DNA from: an uncultured delta proteobacterium
GTDB taxonomy: Bacteria; Myxococcota_A; Polyangia; Polyangiales; Houyiibacteriaceae
Length of the DNA: 64,000 nt
Direction of reading: 5' to 3'
Assembly: GCA_963699755.1 (NCBI GenBank)
Contig: CAVOVB010000001.1
Location: 608,001-672,000, forward strand
The position numbers and the translations under genes are program-made. The notes below the pieces were generated by a model. That model saw nothing but the letters and a program-made list of their open reading frames with translations. It searched no databases and was not told the origin of the DNA. Below are positions 40,095 through 52,499 of the stretch, piece by piece (within the stretch, counting starts at the first letter, position 1; each line of letters opens with the position of its first letter).

Positions 40095-40337
40095 ATGAAG
40101 AGTGCAATCACCGACGTCATCGCTCCCGAGGTGATCCGAGAAATCCGTCTCGAAATCGAGGTGCTGCTGGAGACAGCTGAGAACATACAGGCGGGCCTCG
40201 AGACCGGGCGATTCGACGAGGTGGCTCGGAACGCAGCAGAGCTGGGTCAGGTCGTGCGCAGGCACGTTCTTCTCGTGAATGGCATCCTCGATGTCCTCAG
40301 CCCCGACGATATTTCAGCCCCCGGAGAAGCTCGATAG
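40095..40337 (+). CDS. Small helical hypothetical protein (80 aa)
   Basis: MKSAITDVIAPEVIREIRLEIE...; amphipathic helices; just downstream of a sigma54 motif. Confidence 0.55.
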   Translation: MKSAITDVIAPEVIREIRLEIEVLLETAENIQAGLETGRFDEVARNAAELGQVVRRHVLLVNGILDVLSPDDISAPGEAR

Positions 40338-40353
40338 CACCTAGAGCCGATTC

Positions 40354-41748
40354 TCATTTCTCGCGCGCCGACGAGGCGCGCGTGGCGAGCCCCCACTCCT
40401 GGAGCCGGTACTGAATCGTTCGTTTGCTCACACCCAGAATCCTGGCTGCCTTCGTCGGCGACCCCCCGACGGCTTCGAGCGTCCGCATGATGGTGTACCG
40501 TTCGACTTCGGCCAAGGTCACCCCCGGAACCAGCAGGCTCAGCGGCTCGACCTCGCGGTCCGGTGGCTCGATGGCTAGATCTTCGGTGCCGATGAGATCG
40601 CTCTCGCAGAGCACCACCGCCTGCTCGATAGCGTGTTGAAGCTCCCGCACGTTCCCCGGCCAGGGGTAAGCAAGCAGAGCGTCTCGGGCGCGCGGGGTGA
40701 AGCCGCGCACCTGCTTGGCATTCTCGTCTGCGTAGAGGCGGAGGAAATGGTCGGCGAGCAGCGGGATGTCGCTCGGCCGCGCACGAATCGGAGGAACGTC
40801 GAGGACGACCACCTTGAGGCGGAAATAAAGATCTTCTCTGAACTTTCCGTCATCGACCAGCGTTCTGAGGTCCTGGTTGGTCGCGGCGACGACTCTTACG
40901 TTCACCGTGACGGTCTCATTGCCTCCGACGCGCTCGAATTCTCGCTCCTGCAGGAATCGAAGCAGCTTCAGCTGAACCGAGAGTGGCATCTCGCTCAGCT
41001 CGTCGAGAAAGAGTGTGCCACCCTCTGCCTGCTCAAATCGCCCACTCCTGCGTGTGATGGCTCCGGTGAAGGCTCCCCTCTCATGCCCGAAAAGCTCGGA
41101 TTCGAGGACGCTCTCGGCCAGGGCCGCACAGTTCAGTCGAACTAGGGGCCCATCGCTTCTGAGCGAGTGCTCGTGAATTGCCTTTGCGATCAGCTCCTTC
41201 CCTGTCCCCGTTTCGCCTTGAATCAGCACCGTCGAGCGGCTCTGCGCAGCTTGGAGCATGCGATTGAGAAGGCGCTGCATCGTCGGGTGAGCGCCTATGA
41301 TGTGATCCAGACGCGTCGTCGGCAGGGCGACGGCAACCTCGGACCGAGCGTCGATCGCATCCCTGGCGTGGATCGGCTTGTCCATGGAGCGCTCGACGAC
41401 GAGGGCCAACGCGTCCGGTCGGATGGGCCGGGTGAGGCAGCGGTCGGCGCCGTGCTGCATGGCCTTCACGGCGGTGTCCGTCGAACCCGACTCGCCTATC
41501 GCGATGAAGGAGGCTGACGGAAGGATCGCTCTGGCCTGCCGAAGGAATCTGTATCCGTCGATTCCGTCGAGATCGAGCTCGACGAGCACCACATCGGGGA
41601 CTGACCGCTCCAGCAGGTCGAGAGCCTCCGCCGCGTCAGCGGCAGTGTCGACCACGTGACCCATCGCGACAAGCTCGTCCCGCAGCTCCGCTTGAATCTT
41701 CCCGTCGCTTTCTACGACCAGGATACGGCCAGTGTGCTCTCGAGTCAC
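40354..41748 (-). CDS. Sigma54-dependent transcriptional activator (NtrC/AtoC-like) with atypical receiver
   Basis: [38 protein letters not shown], Fis-type HTH; GTG start inferred. Confidence 0.93.
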   Translation of the reverse strand: MTREHTGRILVVESDGKIQAELRDELVAMGHVVDTAADAAEALDLLERSVPDVVLVELDLDGIDGYRFLRQARAILPSASFIAIGESGSTDTAVKAMQHGADRCLTRPIRPDALALVVERSMDKPIHARDAIDARSEVAVALPTTRLDHIIGAHPTMQRLLNRMLQAAQSRSTVLIQGETGTGKELIAKAIHEHSLRSDGPLVRLNCAALAESVLESELFGHERGAFTGAITRRSGRFEQAEGGTLFLDELSEMPLSVQLKLLRFLQEREFERVGGNETVTVNVRVVAATNQDLRTLVDDGKFREDLYFRLKVVVLDVPPIRARPSDIPLLADHFLRLYADENAKQVRGFTPRARDALLAYPWPGNVRELQHAIEQAVVLCESDLIGTEDLAIEPPDREVEPLSLLVPGVTLAEVERYTIMRTLEAVGGSPTKAARILGVSKRTIQYRLQEWGLATRASSAREK

Positions 41749-41843
41749 GGCGCAAGAATGGCCTGGCCGTGACGCCGCGTCCACGGGTCGCGCAACCGGG
41801 AACTGCTCGCCACGCACCCCGTGCGCCCTGGCAACCTAAACGA

Positions 41844-42455
41844 TCACCCGGAATGCGCCTGAGCGGATGCGCTGCTCGCGCAGAGCTCCCGGACGGAACG
41901 GTACCCTTCACCCCATCTCGCGTAGCGCTCCACCTCGGTCGCCGTCACCGAGTCGACGAGAGACCAGAGCGGCTGTTCGACGAGCTCAACTAGCTCGAGG
42001 GCAGCCTTGATTTGCTCATCCCAAACGTGGCAGAGCTGATTGAGGTCTCCGGCTTGGACGTGACCACGGCAAGGGACCCTGGAGCACAAGAGCTTCATGG
42101 GTTCTGAGAGGTTGAACATGCCGTATTCGTCCGTGATCTGTTCCCCGATTTCGATGTCGCGTATCGCGATTTCGAAGCCGTAGGCCGTGCTCATGGTGTT
42201 GCACTGGCAACAATGGTTCACGTACTTGGCATGGTCCCAGCTCACGATTCGAGTGCCGCGCGAGTCGATATACGAGTAGCGCTCGATAGGTTCACGCAGC
42301 GCGGGATCTTCGAGGCGTGGATCGTCGGGGCGAACCTCGACTTCGAGCGGGTCCCAAACATAGGTGATGGTTCCCTTCGGTAAGCGTGCGGTCGCGAAGA
42401 CGCCGTATCCGAGCTGGGTGTCGATGTGTCGAAGCTCCGTCGATGGATGAATCAT
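41844..42455 (-). CDS. SET domain protein
   Basis: GYGVFA, YVNHCC..N, IRDI..GEQIT.EYG, post-SET CxxxxCRG. Confidence 0.88.
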   Translation of the reverse strand: MIHPSTELRHIDTQLGYGVFATARLPKGTITYVWDPLEVEVRPDDPRLEDPALREPIERYSYIDSRGTRIVSWDHAKYVNHCCQCNTMSTAYGFEIAIRDIEIGEQITDEYGMFNLSEPMKLLCSRVPCRGHVQAGDLNQLCHVWDEQIKAALELVELVEQPLWSLVDSVTATEVERYARWGEGYRSVRELCASSASAQAHSG

Positions 42456-42489
42456 GGCTCTCGTTCAGGTCTGAGTGAGACGAGCGCCA

Positions 42490-42759
42490 TCAGTCGTCCG
42501 CGCTGCGTGTGCGTTTCCGAGGTGAGCAGCTCGCTGTAAGGCGTTGCCCGTCGAGGTCATAGCCGTCGAGCTCCTCCGCGGCACGGAGGGCATCATCCAG
42601 ATCCTCGTAGTCGACAATTGCGCTGCTTCCAGCTGTGCTCTGGTCTTGGTCGAGCAGCATTTCGGCGTCAGAGACCTCGCCGAAGGGTTCGCAAAGATCC
42701 AAGAGGTCATCCTCGTCAAAATGACTTGGAAGCCCCTCGATGTAGAGACGCGCCGTCAT
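42490..42759 (-). CDS. RRM-fold RNA-binding protein (degenerate, acidic)
   Basis: LYIEGLP (RNP2), PFGEV, A.EELDGYDLDGQRL. Confidence 0.8.
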   Translation of the reverse strand: MTARLYIEGLPSHFDEDDLLDLCEPFGEVSDAEMLLDQDQSTAGSSAIVDYEDLDDALRAAEELDGYDLDGQRLTASCSPRKRTRSADD

Positions 42760-42796
42760 GTTCGCCTATCAGTAGAACGTACAGCGAGCACAGAAG

Positions 42797-42812
42797 TGCA
42801 CGATCGGTGCCA
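42797..42812 (-). promoter_or_regulatory. Putative sigma54 promoter for the RRM-SET genes
   Basis: TGGCACCGATCGTGCA (GG-N10-GC). Confidence 0.65.
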
Positions 42813-42979
42813 AGCCGGACCATGGGCGTGACGCGAGGAAAAGCGTGGCCCGCCGAACTACGAGTGCAAGTCTTGCCCTAGTCCATCGTGCAAGAACTGC
42901 ACTTACCGCTCTTCCTCGCGTTCCTGGGCCCCTGCGCAAGCTCGCGGGCCGACCGGCGTGGCAAGCGAAGAGGCCCCAA

Positions 42980-43014
42980 AGAAAGAAGCCCCGCTTCTTT
43001 CGAAACGGGGCTTC
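42980..43014 (-). terminator. Rho-independent terminator after 5S rRNA
   Basis: gaagccccg...cggggcttc followed by tttcttt on the minus strand. Confidence 0.8.
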
Positions 43015-43018
43015 ATAA

Positions 43019-43135
<117 letters not shown>

Positions 43136-43270
43136 TCCGTAGAAAGTTTCTCTGTGCCGCTTCTGTGAAGCGGAATCAGAAGCAAGTTCGAGAGTCCGTG
43201 TTGATGGATGTTCTCGAGCTCTTCCTTCCAACCCTGATCTCAAGCCACGCACGAAACGTGTCTTAGAAAG

Positions 43271-46275
<3,005 letters not shown>

Positions 46276-46323
46276 TTTTCCTAAGACGCATTTCGTCTTC
46301 GAGCTCGATAAATGAGCGATCCG

Positions 46324-46393
46324 CCGCTTACCTCCTCGTCGCTCCGCTGCGAGGTACAAGAGTACCTCTCACTTCGCTCCTGCGGGGGCGCTG
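46324..46393 (+). repeat. REP-like ~70 bp element, copy 1
   Basis: gcttacctcctcgtcgctccgctgcGAGGTACaagaGTACCTCtcacttcgctcctgcggggg. Confidence 0.7.
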
Positions 46394-46717
46394 GCGCCTC
46401 GCACATTTCTCTTCACTCGAAGGTGTTGGCAGCGCCGACCGCGAATAGTCGGAATACCAACGCGTGGTCTGTCACGACGGAAAGTCTTGATGACAGACCA
46501 CCTCGTAACTCGAGACCAGGGTTCGAAAGAAGAGCCTGGTCACAGCTACGGCTAGAAAGAGAAAATTTCTACAGATATTCAGTTGTCAAAGATGCGAGAA
46601 ATCAAGCTAGTCAACTCGATTGCTCGGGTCGATGGCGCGCCTTGTACGCTGCCGACCGAAGAAATCAAGCGTGGGTCCTCACGGAGGTCTTGGCAAGTCC
46701 CGAAGGCCCTCCCCATC

Positions 46718-46793
46718 TGGTGGAGCTGAGGGGGCTCGAACCCCTGACCCCCGGCTTGCAAAGCCGGTGCTCTCCCAACTGAGCTACAACCCC
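46718..46793 (-). tRNA. tRNA-Ala (TGC)
   Basis: GGGGTTGTAGCTCAGTTGGGAGAGC...TTTGCAA...GTTCGAG...CCACCA cloverleaf. Confidence 0.97.
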
Positions 46794-46822
46794 TTGGCTT
46801 TCGCTCCATATCCGGCACCTGG

Positions 46823-46892
46823 CCGGCTTATTGCCATCGTTGCCTCGCTGCGAGGTACCTATGTACCTCTCACTTCGCTCCTCAGGCAAACG
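46823..46892 (+). repeat. REP-like element, copy 2
   Basis: cggcttatt...cgctgcGAGGTACctatGTACCTCtcacttcgctcct. Confidence 0.65.
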
Positions 46893-46971
46893 TTCGCCCA
46901 TGCACCGAATCTGAAGCGAAATCCGATTCTTAGAAGTGCATGTCCAGCGCAGGATTTATGCGTCAGGTCCA

Positions 46972-47040
46972 AGCGCCCCCGCAGACCCGGAGTGAGAGCT
47001 ACGAAGGTAGCTCGCGGCGGAGGGTCGAGGAGGTAAGCCG
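46972..47040 (-). repeat. REP-like element, copy 3 (inverted)
   Basis: Reverse complement: cggcttacctcctcgaccctccgccgcGAGCTACcttcGTAGCTCtcactccgggtctgcggggg. Confidence 0.7.
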
Positions 47041-47062
47041 GAGCTGGCGCAAAAAGACAAGC

Positions 47063-47139
<77 letters not shown>

Positions 47140-47154
47140 GTGTATTCTCGCAAA

Positions 47155-47165
47155 CTGTCAAAGAG
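47155..47165 (-). promoter_or_regulatory. boxA-like antitermination site (second copy at about 46583-46592)
   Basis: ctctttgacag; second copy atctttgacaa before the 23S. Confidence 0.6.
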
Positions 47166-47276
47166 AGTCAGAACTGGTTTCCGCGAACCGTTTTCGAAGC
47201 TCGTCGAGGCCTAAACCTCGATAACTACTTCGTTTTGTTGGTTCCGTCCCCCGTCCTCAGGCTCAAACGGACGGCT

Positions 47277-47305
47277 TCTTTAGCGGCCTTCCCCAAACTG
47301 GTCAA
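47277..47305 (-). promoter_or_regulatory. Putative sigma70 promoter of the tRNA-23S-5S unit
   Basis: TTGACC-17 nt-TAAAGA, T-rich upstream segment. Confidence 0.65.
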
Positions 47306-47478
47306 GGACTTTCAAACAACAAAGTGCGAGAAGCCTGGAAGACTGGTTTTCGTTGCGTTTCGCGCGCGGGCTGTCGCCAACTTGATCCCGGGAATCACCG
47401 AGTTTCCGCACAGCCCGTCCGCATTCGTGGAGTCACTGCCAAGCGTCTAAAATCATGGAGGAAAGGTCTGCTGAGGAT

Positions 47479-48558
47479 CTATTTGGGCGCGGGTAGCGCC
47501 GGAGCTCGAAGGAGGCGTGCGCGATAGTAGGAGAGGCAGCGGCTCATTGCCTCTTCCGGGGTGACGATCGGTTCGTATCCGAAGTCCCGAGTCGCTGCGG
47601 CGCTGCTCGCACTGTGCGAGATCGCGAGCTTTCGAATTTCGTGTGGTGCGAAGAAGGGTGACGGCAAACCGAGACGGAAGTGCAGATACTGCCATAGGCG
47701 CATGAAGCCGAGCACGGGCTTGTACGGGAGGTTGAGCTTGGGGATCTTGTAGCCGAGTCCTTCGATCAGCGGCCGCATGAACTCGAACATCGGCAGCGGG
47801 CGAGTGTCGCCGACGAAATAGGCTTTGCCGCAAACCGGGCTACCGGGGACCAGACGCTTTGCCACGAGAATCTCAGCATGCACGAGGTTGTCGATGTAGA
47901 TGTGGTCGTGCAGCGCGCCCGGAAAGCCGATGGTCGCGACCAGTCGGCCCTTGGTGACCTGCTCGAACATCTCGTCGAGCATCAGGTTCTTGCCAGGACC
48001 GTAGATCCCGTCGGGACGCAAGGAGGTAGTGAGCAGCCCATGTTGGCCATTCGCGGCGAGCACGCGCTTCTCGCCTTCGATCTTGGTCTCGGTGTAGAGG
48101 CAGCTCATGTTCGTCGCGTAGGGCGTGTCCTCGTCCATATCGGTGTTCGCCTCGGAGTTGAAGCAGACATCGATCGAGCTCGTGTGGACGAAGCGGCTGA
48201 CGCCGTGCGCGTGACAGGCGCGGATCAGATTTTCCACGCCACCCACGTTCGCATTGAAAGCCGAGCGTCTGTAGCTTTCGGACACCGCGCTCCCGCCAAG
48301 CAAGGCAAGCAGGGCTGCCGTGTGAAATACGGTATCGATGCCCTCGCAGGCTTCCATCATCCGCTCCGCGTCTTCGATGTCGCCTCGGAAAATTTCGAGC
48401 TTCGGGTGCTCGAGCTCGAGCGGCGTATTCCGGATGACCGCGCGAACAAAGTGGCCCTCGTCGAGGAGCGCTCGAACCAGGTTGCTACCAAGGAAACCTG
48501 CCGCGCCGGTGACGAGACAGGTTCCGAGATGGTCGAGGGGTTCGTTGGAGCGCACCAT
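47479..48558 (-). CDS. 3-beta-hydroxysteroid dehydrogenase family (extended SDR)
   Basis: TGAAGFLG, VFHTAA, HTSSIDV, YTETK, LRPDGIYGPG, YIDNLVHA. Confidence 0.88.
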   Translation of the reverse strand: MVRSNEPLDHLGTCLVTGAAGFLGSNLVRALLDEGHFVRAVIRNTPLELEHPKLEIFRGDIEDAERMMEACEGIDTVFHTAALLALLGGSAVSESYRRSAFNANVGGVENLIRACHAHGVSRFVHTSSIDVCFNSEANTDMDEDTPYATNMSCLYTETKIEGEKRVLAANGQHGLLTTSLRPDGIYGPGKNLMLDEMFEQVTKGRLVATIGFPGALHDHIYIDNLVHAEILVAKRLVPGSPVCGKAYFVGDTRPLPMFEFMRPLIEGLGYKIPKLNLPYKPVLGFMRLWQYLHFRLGLPSPFFAPHEIRKLAISHSASSAAATRDFGYEPIVTPEEAMSRCLSYYRARLLRAPALPAPK

Positions 48559-48574
48559 GAGCCGGATTGGAGCA

Positions 48575-48935
48575 CGCCCTTGCCGAGGATCAAATCCGCC
48601 GCCCTTTCCGCGACGGCGACGACCGGCCAGTGGGTATTGCCGGAGGGAATCAGCGGAAAGATCGACGCATCGGCGAGGCGTAGGCCTTCGATGCGGTGTA
48701 CCCGGAGCTCACGGCCCACGACGGCCTCGGGTTCGGTCTTGTAGAGCTTGGCGACCCTCTCGTCGTGCATCAGCTGTGTGAAGCCGATGGGCACCTTGAT
48801 GAGCGGGCTACTGTCGCTTCCTCGCGCTTCCAAGAGGAGGACGCTGAGCTAGGGATCGGCCGAAAGCCGGTTTGCCAGAAGGCAGCCTGCGGAGCCGCCG
48901 ACGACAACAATGTAATCGAAGTCATCGTTGGACAT
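48575..48935 (-). pseudogene. Internally deleted GMC oxidoreductase remnant
   Basis: [36 protein letters not shown]...TEP fused in frame to EAVVGRELRVHRIEGLRLADASIFP.IPSGNT...AERAADLI; internal TAG. Confidence 0.85.
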
Positions 48936-49000
48936 GCTTGACCCTATATGTAACGTTCGTTATATCGCTGCAACTCTATGACCCCCAGGAGAGAAGCCAG

Positions 49001-49801
49001 ATGTCGGAGCCCCATTTCCTCTACGAGAAGCGCGGACACCTCGCGATTTGTACTTTCAACCGACCGGAGAAAAAGAACGCGCTGAGCATCGAGATGCTGG
49101 TCCGCATGGCGGACGCCTGGGACGAAGCAGACGGGGACGGCGATGTGCGGGCGATCATCCTCACCGGCAGCGGCGGCGTCTTCTGCTCGGGCAGTGACCT
49201 TGGTTCCATGAGGTCGGGCAAGTGGGACGCGGACGACCAATGGCTGATCCGCATGAAGAACGACCCGGACATTCATTGGAAAGCCCTTCTTCGCCACTAC
49301 CTGACGAAGAAGCCTCTGATCGCAGCGGTCGAAGGATACGCGCTGGCCGGTGGCACCGAGATCCTGCAAGGCACCGACATTCGCGTCGCGGGAGAAGGTG
49401 CGGTGTTCGGGGTGACCGAAGTTCAGCTCGGCTTATTCCCGCTGGGAGGTTCGAGCGTGCGCCTTCGACGGCAGATCCCTTACACCATTGCTGCCGAGAT
49501 GTTGCTCGCGGGCCGGCGACTCAGCGCGGAAGAGGCCCTCCACTACGGGCTCATCGGCCACCTCGTGCCCAAGGGGCAAGCGCTCGACAAGGCCCTGGAG
49601 ATAGGCGAAGGGGTCGCGGCCAACGGCCCGGTTGCGGTCCGTGCCGTCAAGCAGTCTCTGATCGAGAACGATGGCATTCCCGCGAAAGAAGCCCTCGCCC
49701 GATCGCTCGAGATCGGACAACCCGTCTTCAAGACGAAAGACGCAATCGAAGGCCCCACGGCATTCATGGAAAAGCGCAAGCCTGTCTTTCAGGGCTCTTG
49801 A
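49001..49801 (+). CDS. Enoyl-CoA hydratase/crotonase family
   Basis: NRPEKKNAL, FCSGSDL, AAVEGYALAGGTE, TEVQLGLFP, AFMEKRKPVF. Confidence 0.93.
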   Translation: MSEPHFLYEKRGHLAICTFNRPEKKNALSIEMLVRMADAWDEADGDGDVRAIILTGSGGVFCSGSDLGSMRSGKWDADDQWLIRMKNDPDIHWKALLRHYLTKKPLIAAVEGYALAGGTEILQGTDIRVAGEGAVFGVTEVQLGLFPLGGSSVRLRRQIPYTIAAEMLLAGRRLSAEEALHYGLIGHLVPKGQALDKALEIGEGVAANGPVAVRAVKQSLIENDGIPAKEALARSLEIGQPVFKTKDAIEGPTAFMEKRKPVFQGS

Positions 49802-50436
49802 TGGCCCGAGCCGAACCAGCGCAACGCGACGGAAGCACGCGGGAGGTGATCCTCGAGACCGCGGAACGTCTGTTTGCAGAGCGCGGCTTCGCGGCGACGA
49901 GCGTACGTGACATCGTGGGCGAAGCAGGGACCTCGGCGCCGAGCCTCTACCACTTCTTCGGCAGCAAGGAGAACCTGCTCGTCGAGTTGATCGATGACCG
50001 GCATGCTGCCTATTGCGACGAGCTCGAAGCGGAGCTGGCCTTGGCCGAGACCCCGTTCGAAGTCTCTCAGCGCTTCGTGAAGTTCGTGCTCAGCAGCATG
50101 ACGAAGAGGCCAACGACCGCGAAATTCTTGCTGGGAATCATGTTTGGACCTCGGCAGAACATTCCCGAAGACATCGTCGGTGAAACGCTGATGCGATCAC
50201 AGCTCATCGTGCAGGTCCGGCTACGAAAGGTCAGTGAAGGGCTTTCGACGCAGCGCATCGATTTCGCGCGGATGATGCTGCTCGGAATGGTGACGCCTGC
50301 AATCCTGCTCTTTCTCACCTCGGACGTGCAATCGTTTTCCCCGAAGCTGCCGGGCTGCATCGCACATCGGGTCGTCGACATGTTGACGGACGCTCACCCC
50401 ATCTGTGCTTGGCCGAGCGTGGACGTCGATGGCTGA
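49801..50436 (+). CDS. TetR family transcriptional regulator
   Basis: ILETAERLFAERGFAATSVRDI...SLYHFFGSKENL. Confidence 0.92.
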   Translation: MARAEPAQRDGSTREVILETAERLFAERGFAATSVRDIVGEAGTSAPSLYHFFGSKENLLVELIDDRHAAYCDELEAELALAETPFEVSQRFVKFVLSSMTKRPTTAKFLLGIMFGPRQNIPEDIVGETLMRSQLIVQVRLRKVSEGLSTQRIDFARMMLLGMVTPAILLFLTSDVQSFSPKLPGCIAHRVVDMLTDAHPICAWPSVDVDG

Positions 50437-51331
50437 GGCGGTGAGCAACGCGATCACCGCCGAGCCCCTGCGCTTCGAGCTCCCGAACGGCTTGTCGATC
50501 GCTGCCGATGCCTATGGCGATCCAAGCTGTCAGCCGGTTCTCTTCCTGCACGGCGGAGGTCAAACCCGGCATGCCTGGGGCAACAGCGCGGAAGCGGTAG
50601 CGCGGCACGGCTTCTATGCGATCTGCATGGATCACCGCGGCCATGGCGAGAGCAGCTGGGCGGGCCGAGGCGAGTATCGCGTCTTCCACTTCGTCGAGGA
50701 CCTGCAACATGTCATCTCGCAACTAAGCGACAGGCCAATCTTGGTGGGCGCATCCCTCGGCGGCATCGCCTCTCTGCTCGCGGAAACCGAGCAAGAGCAG
50801 TCTGTCGCCAAGGCTCTGATTCTCGTCGACGTGACACCTCGCCTCGAAACCGAAGGCGTCGATCGAATCATCGGCTTCATGAAAGATGGAACCTCCGGCT
50901 TCGAGTCGCTCGAAGAGGTCGCCGAGTCGATCGCGAGGTACCTTCCACACCGAAGGCGGCCGAAAGACCTTTCCGGCCTGGCGAAGAACCTCCGCCTCGG
51001 AGAGGACGGGCGCTACTACTGGCATTGGGATCCGGACATGCTGAAGGCCTGGGAGCCGAATCAATCCAGCGACGAAGACGATCGTGAGCTCAAGGAACGG
51101 CTGCAAGAGGTCCGACGCATCGACATCCCTACCTTGCTGATCCGCGGGCGCCTGAGCGACTTGGTCTCGACAGAAACCGCCGCAGAGTTCCTCGAGATGG
51201 TGCCGCACGCGGAGTACGTCGACTTGGCGGACGCCCATCACATGGTCGCCGGTGACCGAAACGACGCCTTCACCGAAAGCGTGACCGCGTTTCTAGTTCG
51301 GCACTTCGGGTCTGGGAGCGAGCAAGCATGA
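50429..51331 (+). CDS. Alpha/beta hydrolase
   Basis: LHGGGQT, DHRGHG, GASLGG, HMVAGD. Confidence 0.92.
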   Translation: MAEAVSNAITAEPLRFELPNGLSIAADAYGDPSCQPVLFLHGGGQTRHAWGNSAEAVARHGFYAICMDHRGHGESSWAGRGEYRVFHFVEDLQHVISQLSDRPILVGASLGGIASLLAETEQEQSVAKALILVDVTPRLETEGVDRIIGFMKDGTSGFESLEEVAESIARYLPHRRRPKDLSGLAKNLRLGEDGRYYWHWDPDMLKAWEPNQSSDEDDRELKERLQEVRRIDIPTLLIRGRLSDLVSTETAAEFLEMVPHAEYVDLADAHHMVAGDRNDAFTESVTAFLVRHFGSGSEQA

Positions 51332-52182
51332 GCGTTCGAACCGCATTTGTGACTGGAGCAGCAACCGGCATCGGCAAGTCGCTGATCGAAAAGCTCGATC
51401 GCGAGGGCTGGCGTTGCTTCGCAGGCTACAACCGTCAAGCGCCCGACGCCCTTCTCGCAGCCTGCAGCGAGCACACGCGAGCCGTCCCGTGTAACGTGAC
51501 CGACAGCGCGAGCGTGAAGGCAGCCCTCGATGAGATCGGGGAGGCGATCGGCGATGGCCCACTCGACTTGCTGGTCAACAATGCTGCGACCACGGGCGGC
51601 GCCGGAGGCGGCGTGGAAAACGTGGACATCGATCATTTCAAGCACCTCTTCGAGGTCAACTTCTGGGGACCGCTCCGCGTCACCCAAGCCGCCATGCCGT
51701 TGATTCGTCGAAGCAAGCACGGGCGCATCATCAATGTGGGTTCGGCCTCGCAGTACCTCACCATCCCCATGGGCTGTTCGTATCCGGTCACCAAGTCCGC
51801 GCTGAAACGGCTGACACAAGCGCTTCGCATCGAGATGAAACCGTTTGGCGTTCAGGTCACCTGCGTCGAACCCGGCGGGGTGAAGACGCCAATGATGGAC
51901 ATCAGCGAAGAGCAGGAAGCGCAGCTCTGGGCCTCCTTTCCGGAGCACCTGCTTGCGCAGTACAAGGCGCAGTTCAAGTTCCCCGGCGACGCAATCGCGT
52001 CCAGGTTTCCTCTATGGACGGCAGAGAAGTTCGCCGACCGCCTCTACCGCGAGGTGATCGACGCCAAGAAGCTCAAGGTCAACTACGTCATTGGCCCGGG
52101 CGTCTGGCTGCTCCCAGTGATGGAACGCGCCCTCCCGGACTCCCTTCGCGAGAAGATCTTCGAGCGAATGTTCGAGCGCTGA
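51328..52182 (+). CDS. Short-chain dehydrogenase/reductase
   Basis: TGAATGIG, LVNNA, YPVTK, VEPG. Confidence 0.92.
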   Translation: MSVRTAFVTGAATGIGKSLIEKLDREGWRCFAGYNRQAPDALLAACSEHTRAVPCNVTDSASVKAALDEIGEAIGDGPLDLLVNNAATTGGAGGGVENVDIDHFKHLFEVNFWGPLRVTQAAMPLIRRSKHGRIINVGSASQYLTIPMGCSYPVTKSALKRLTQALRIEMKPFGVQVTCVEPGGVKTPMMDISEEQEAQLWASFPEHLLAQYKAQFKFPGDAIASRFPLWTAEKFADRLYREVIDAKKLKVNYVIGPGVWLLPVMERALPDSLREKIFERMFER

Positions 52183-52199
52183 CCGCCGGGCAAGAGGGG

Positions 52200-52392
52200 C
52201 CATGGCGACCTCGAGCCTGCCCGCGGCCTTCCGCAGGGGCGACCTAGACCATGGGCCGAGCCGCTCGTTCTCTTCCCAATGGAAGAAGAGCTCCTCGGGA
52301 TTGCACTTTGCAACCATTGTGGATTGGACGCGAAGTGGCGCCGTATCGAAGAAATCGAGGGCAACCGGTTCGAGCTCGTGCACCTTGATCAT
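52200..52392 (-). pseudogene. Possible SRPBCC/polyketide cyclase family remnant
   Basis: MIKVHELEPVALDFFDTAPLRVQSTMVAKCNPEELF resembles an SRPBCC N-terminus and runs directly into a C-terminal-like helix (LGPWSRSPLRKAAGRLE). Confidence 0.4.
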
Positions 52393-52499
52393 GAGGCCGG
52401 AAGTATGCGGCAATCCGGGATTCCCGCACATGGCGCTGACCCCGCGCAGACCAGAGCGGGCGGATTGAAACCATACCGGCGCGGTCTATATGAGAGCAC

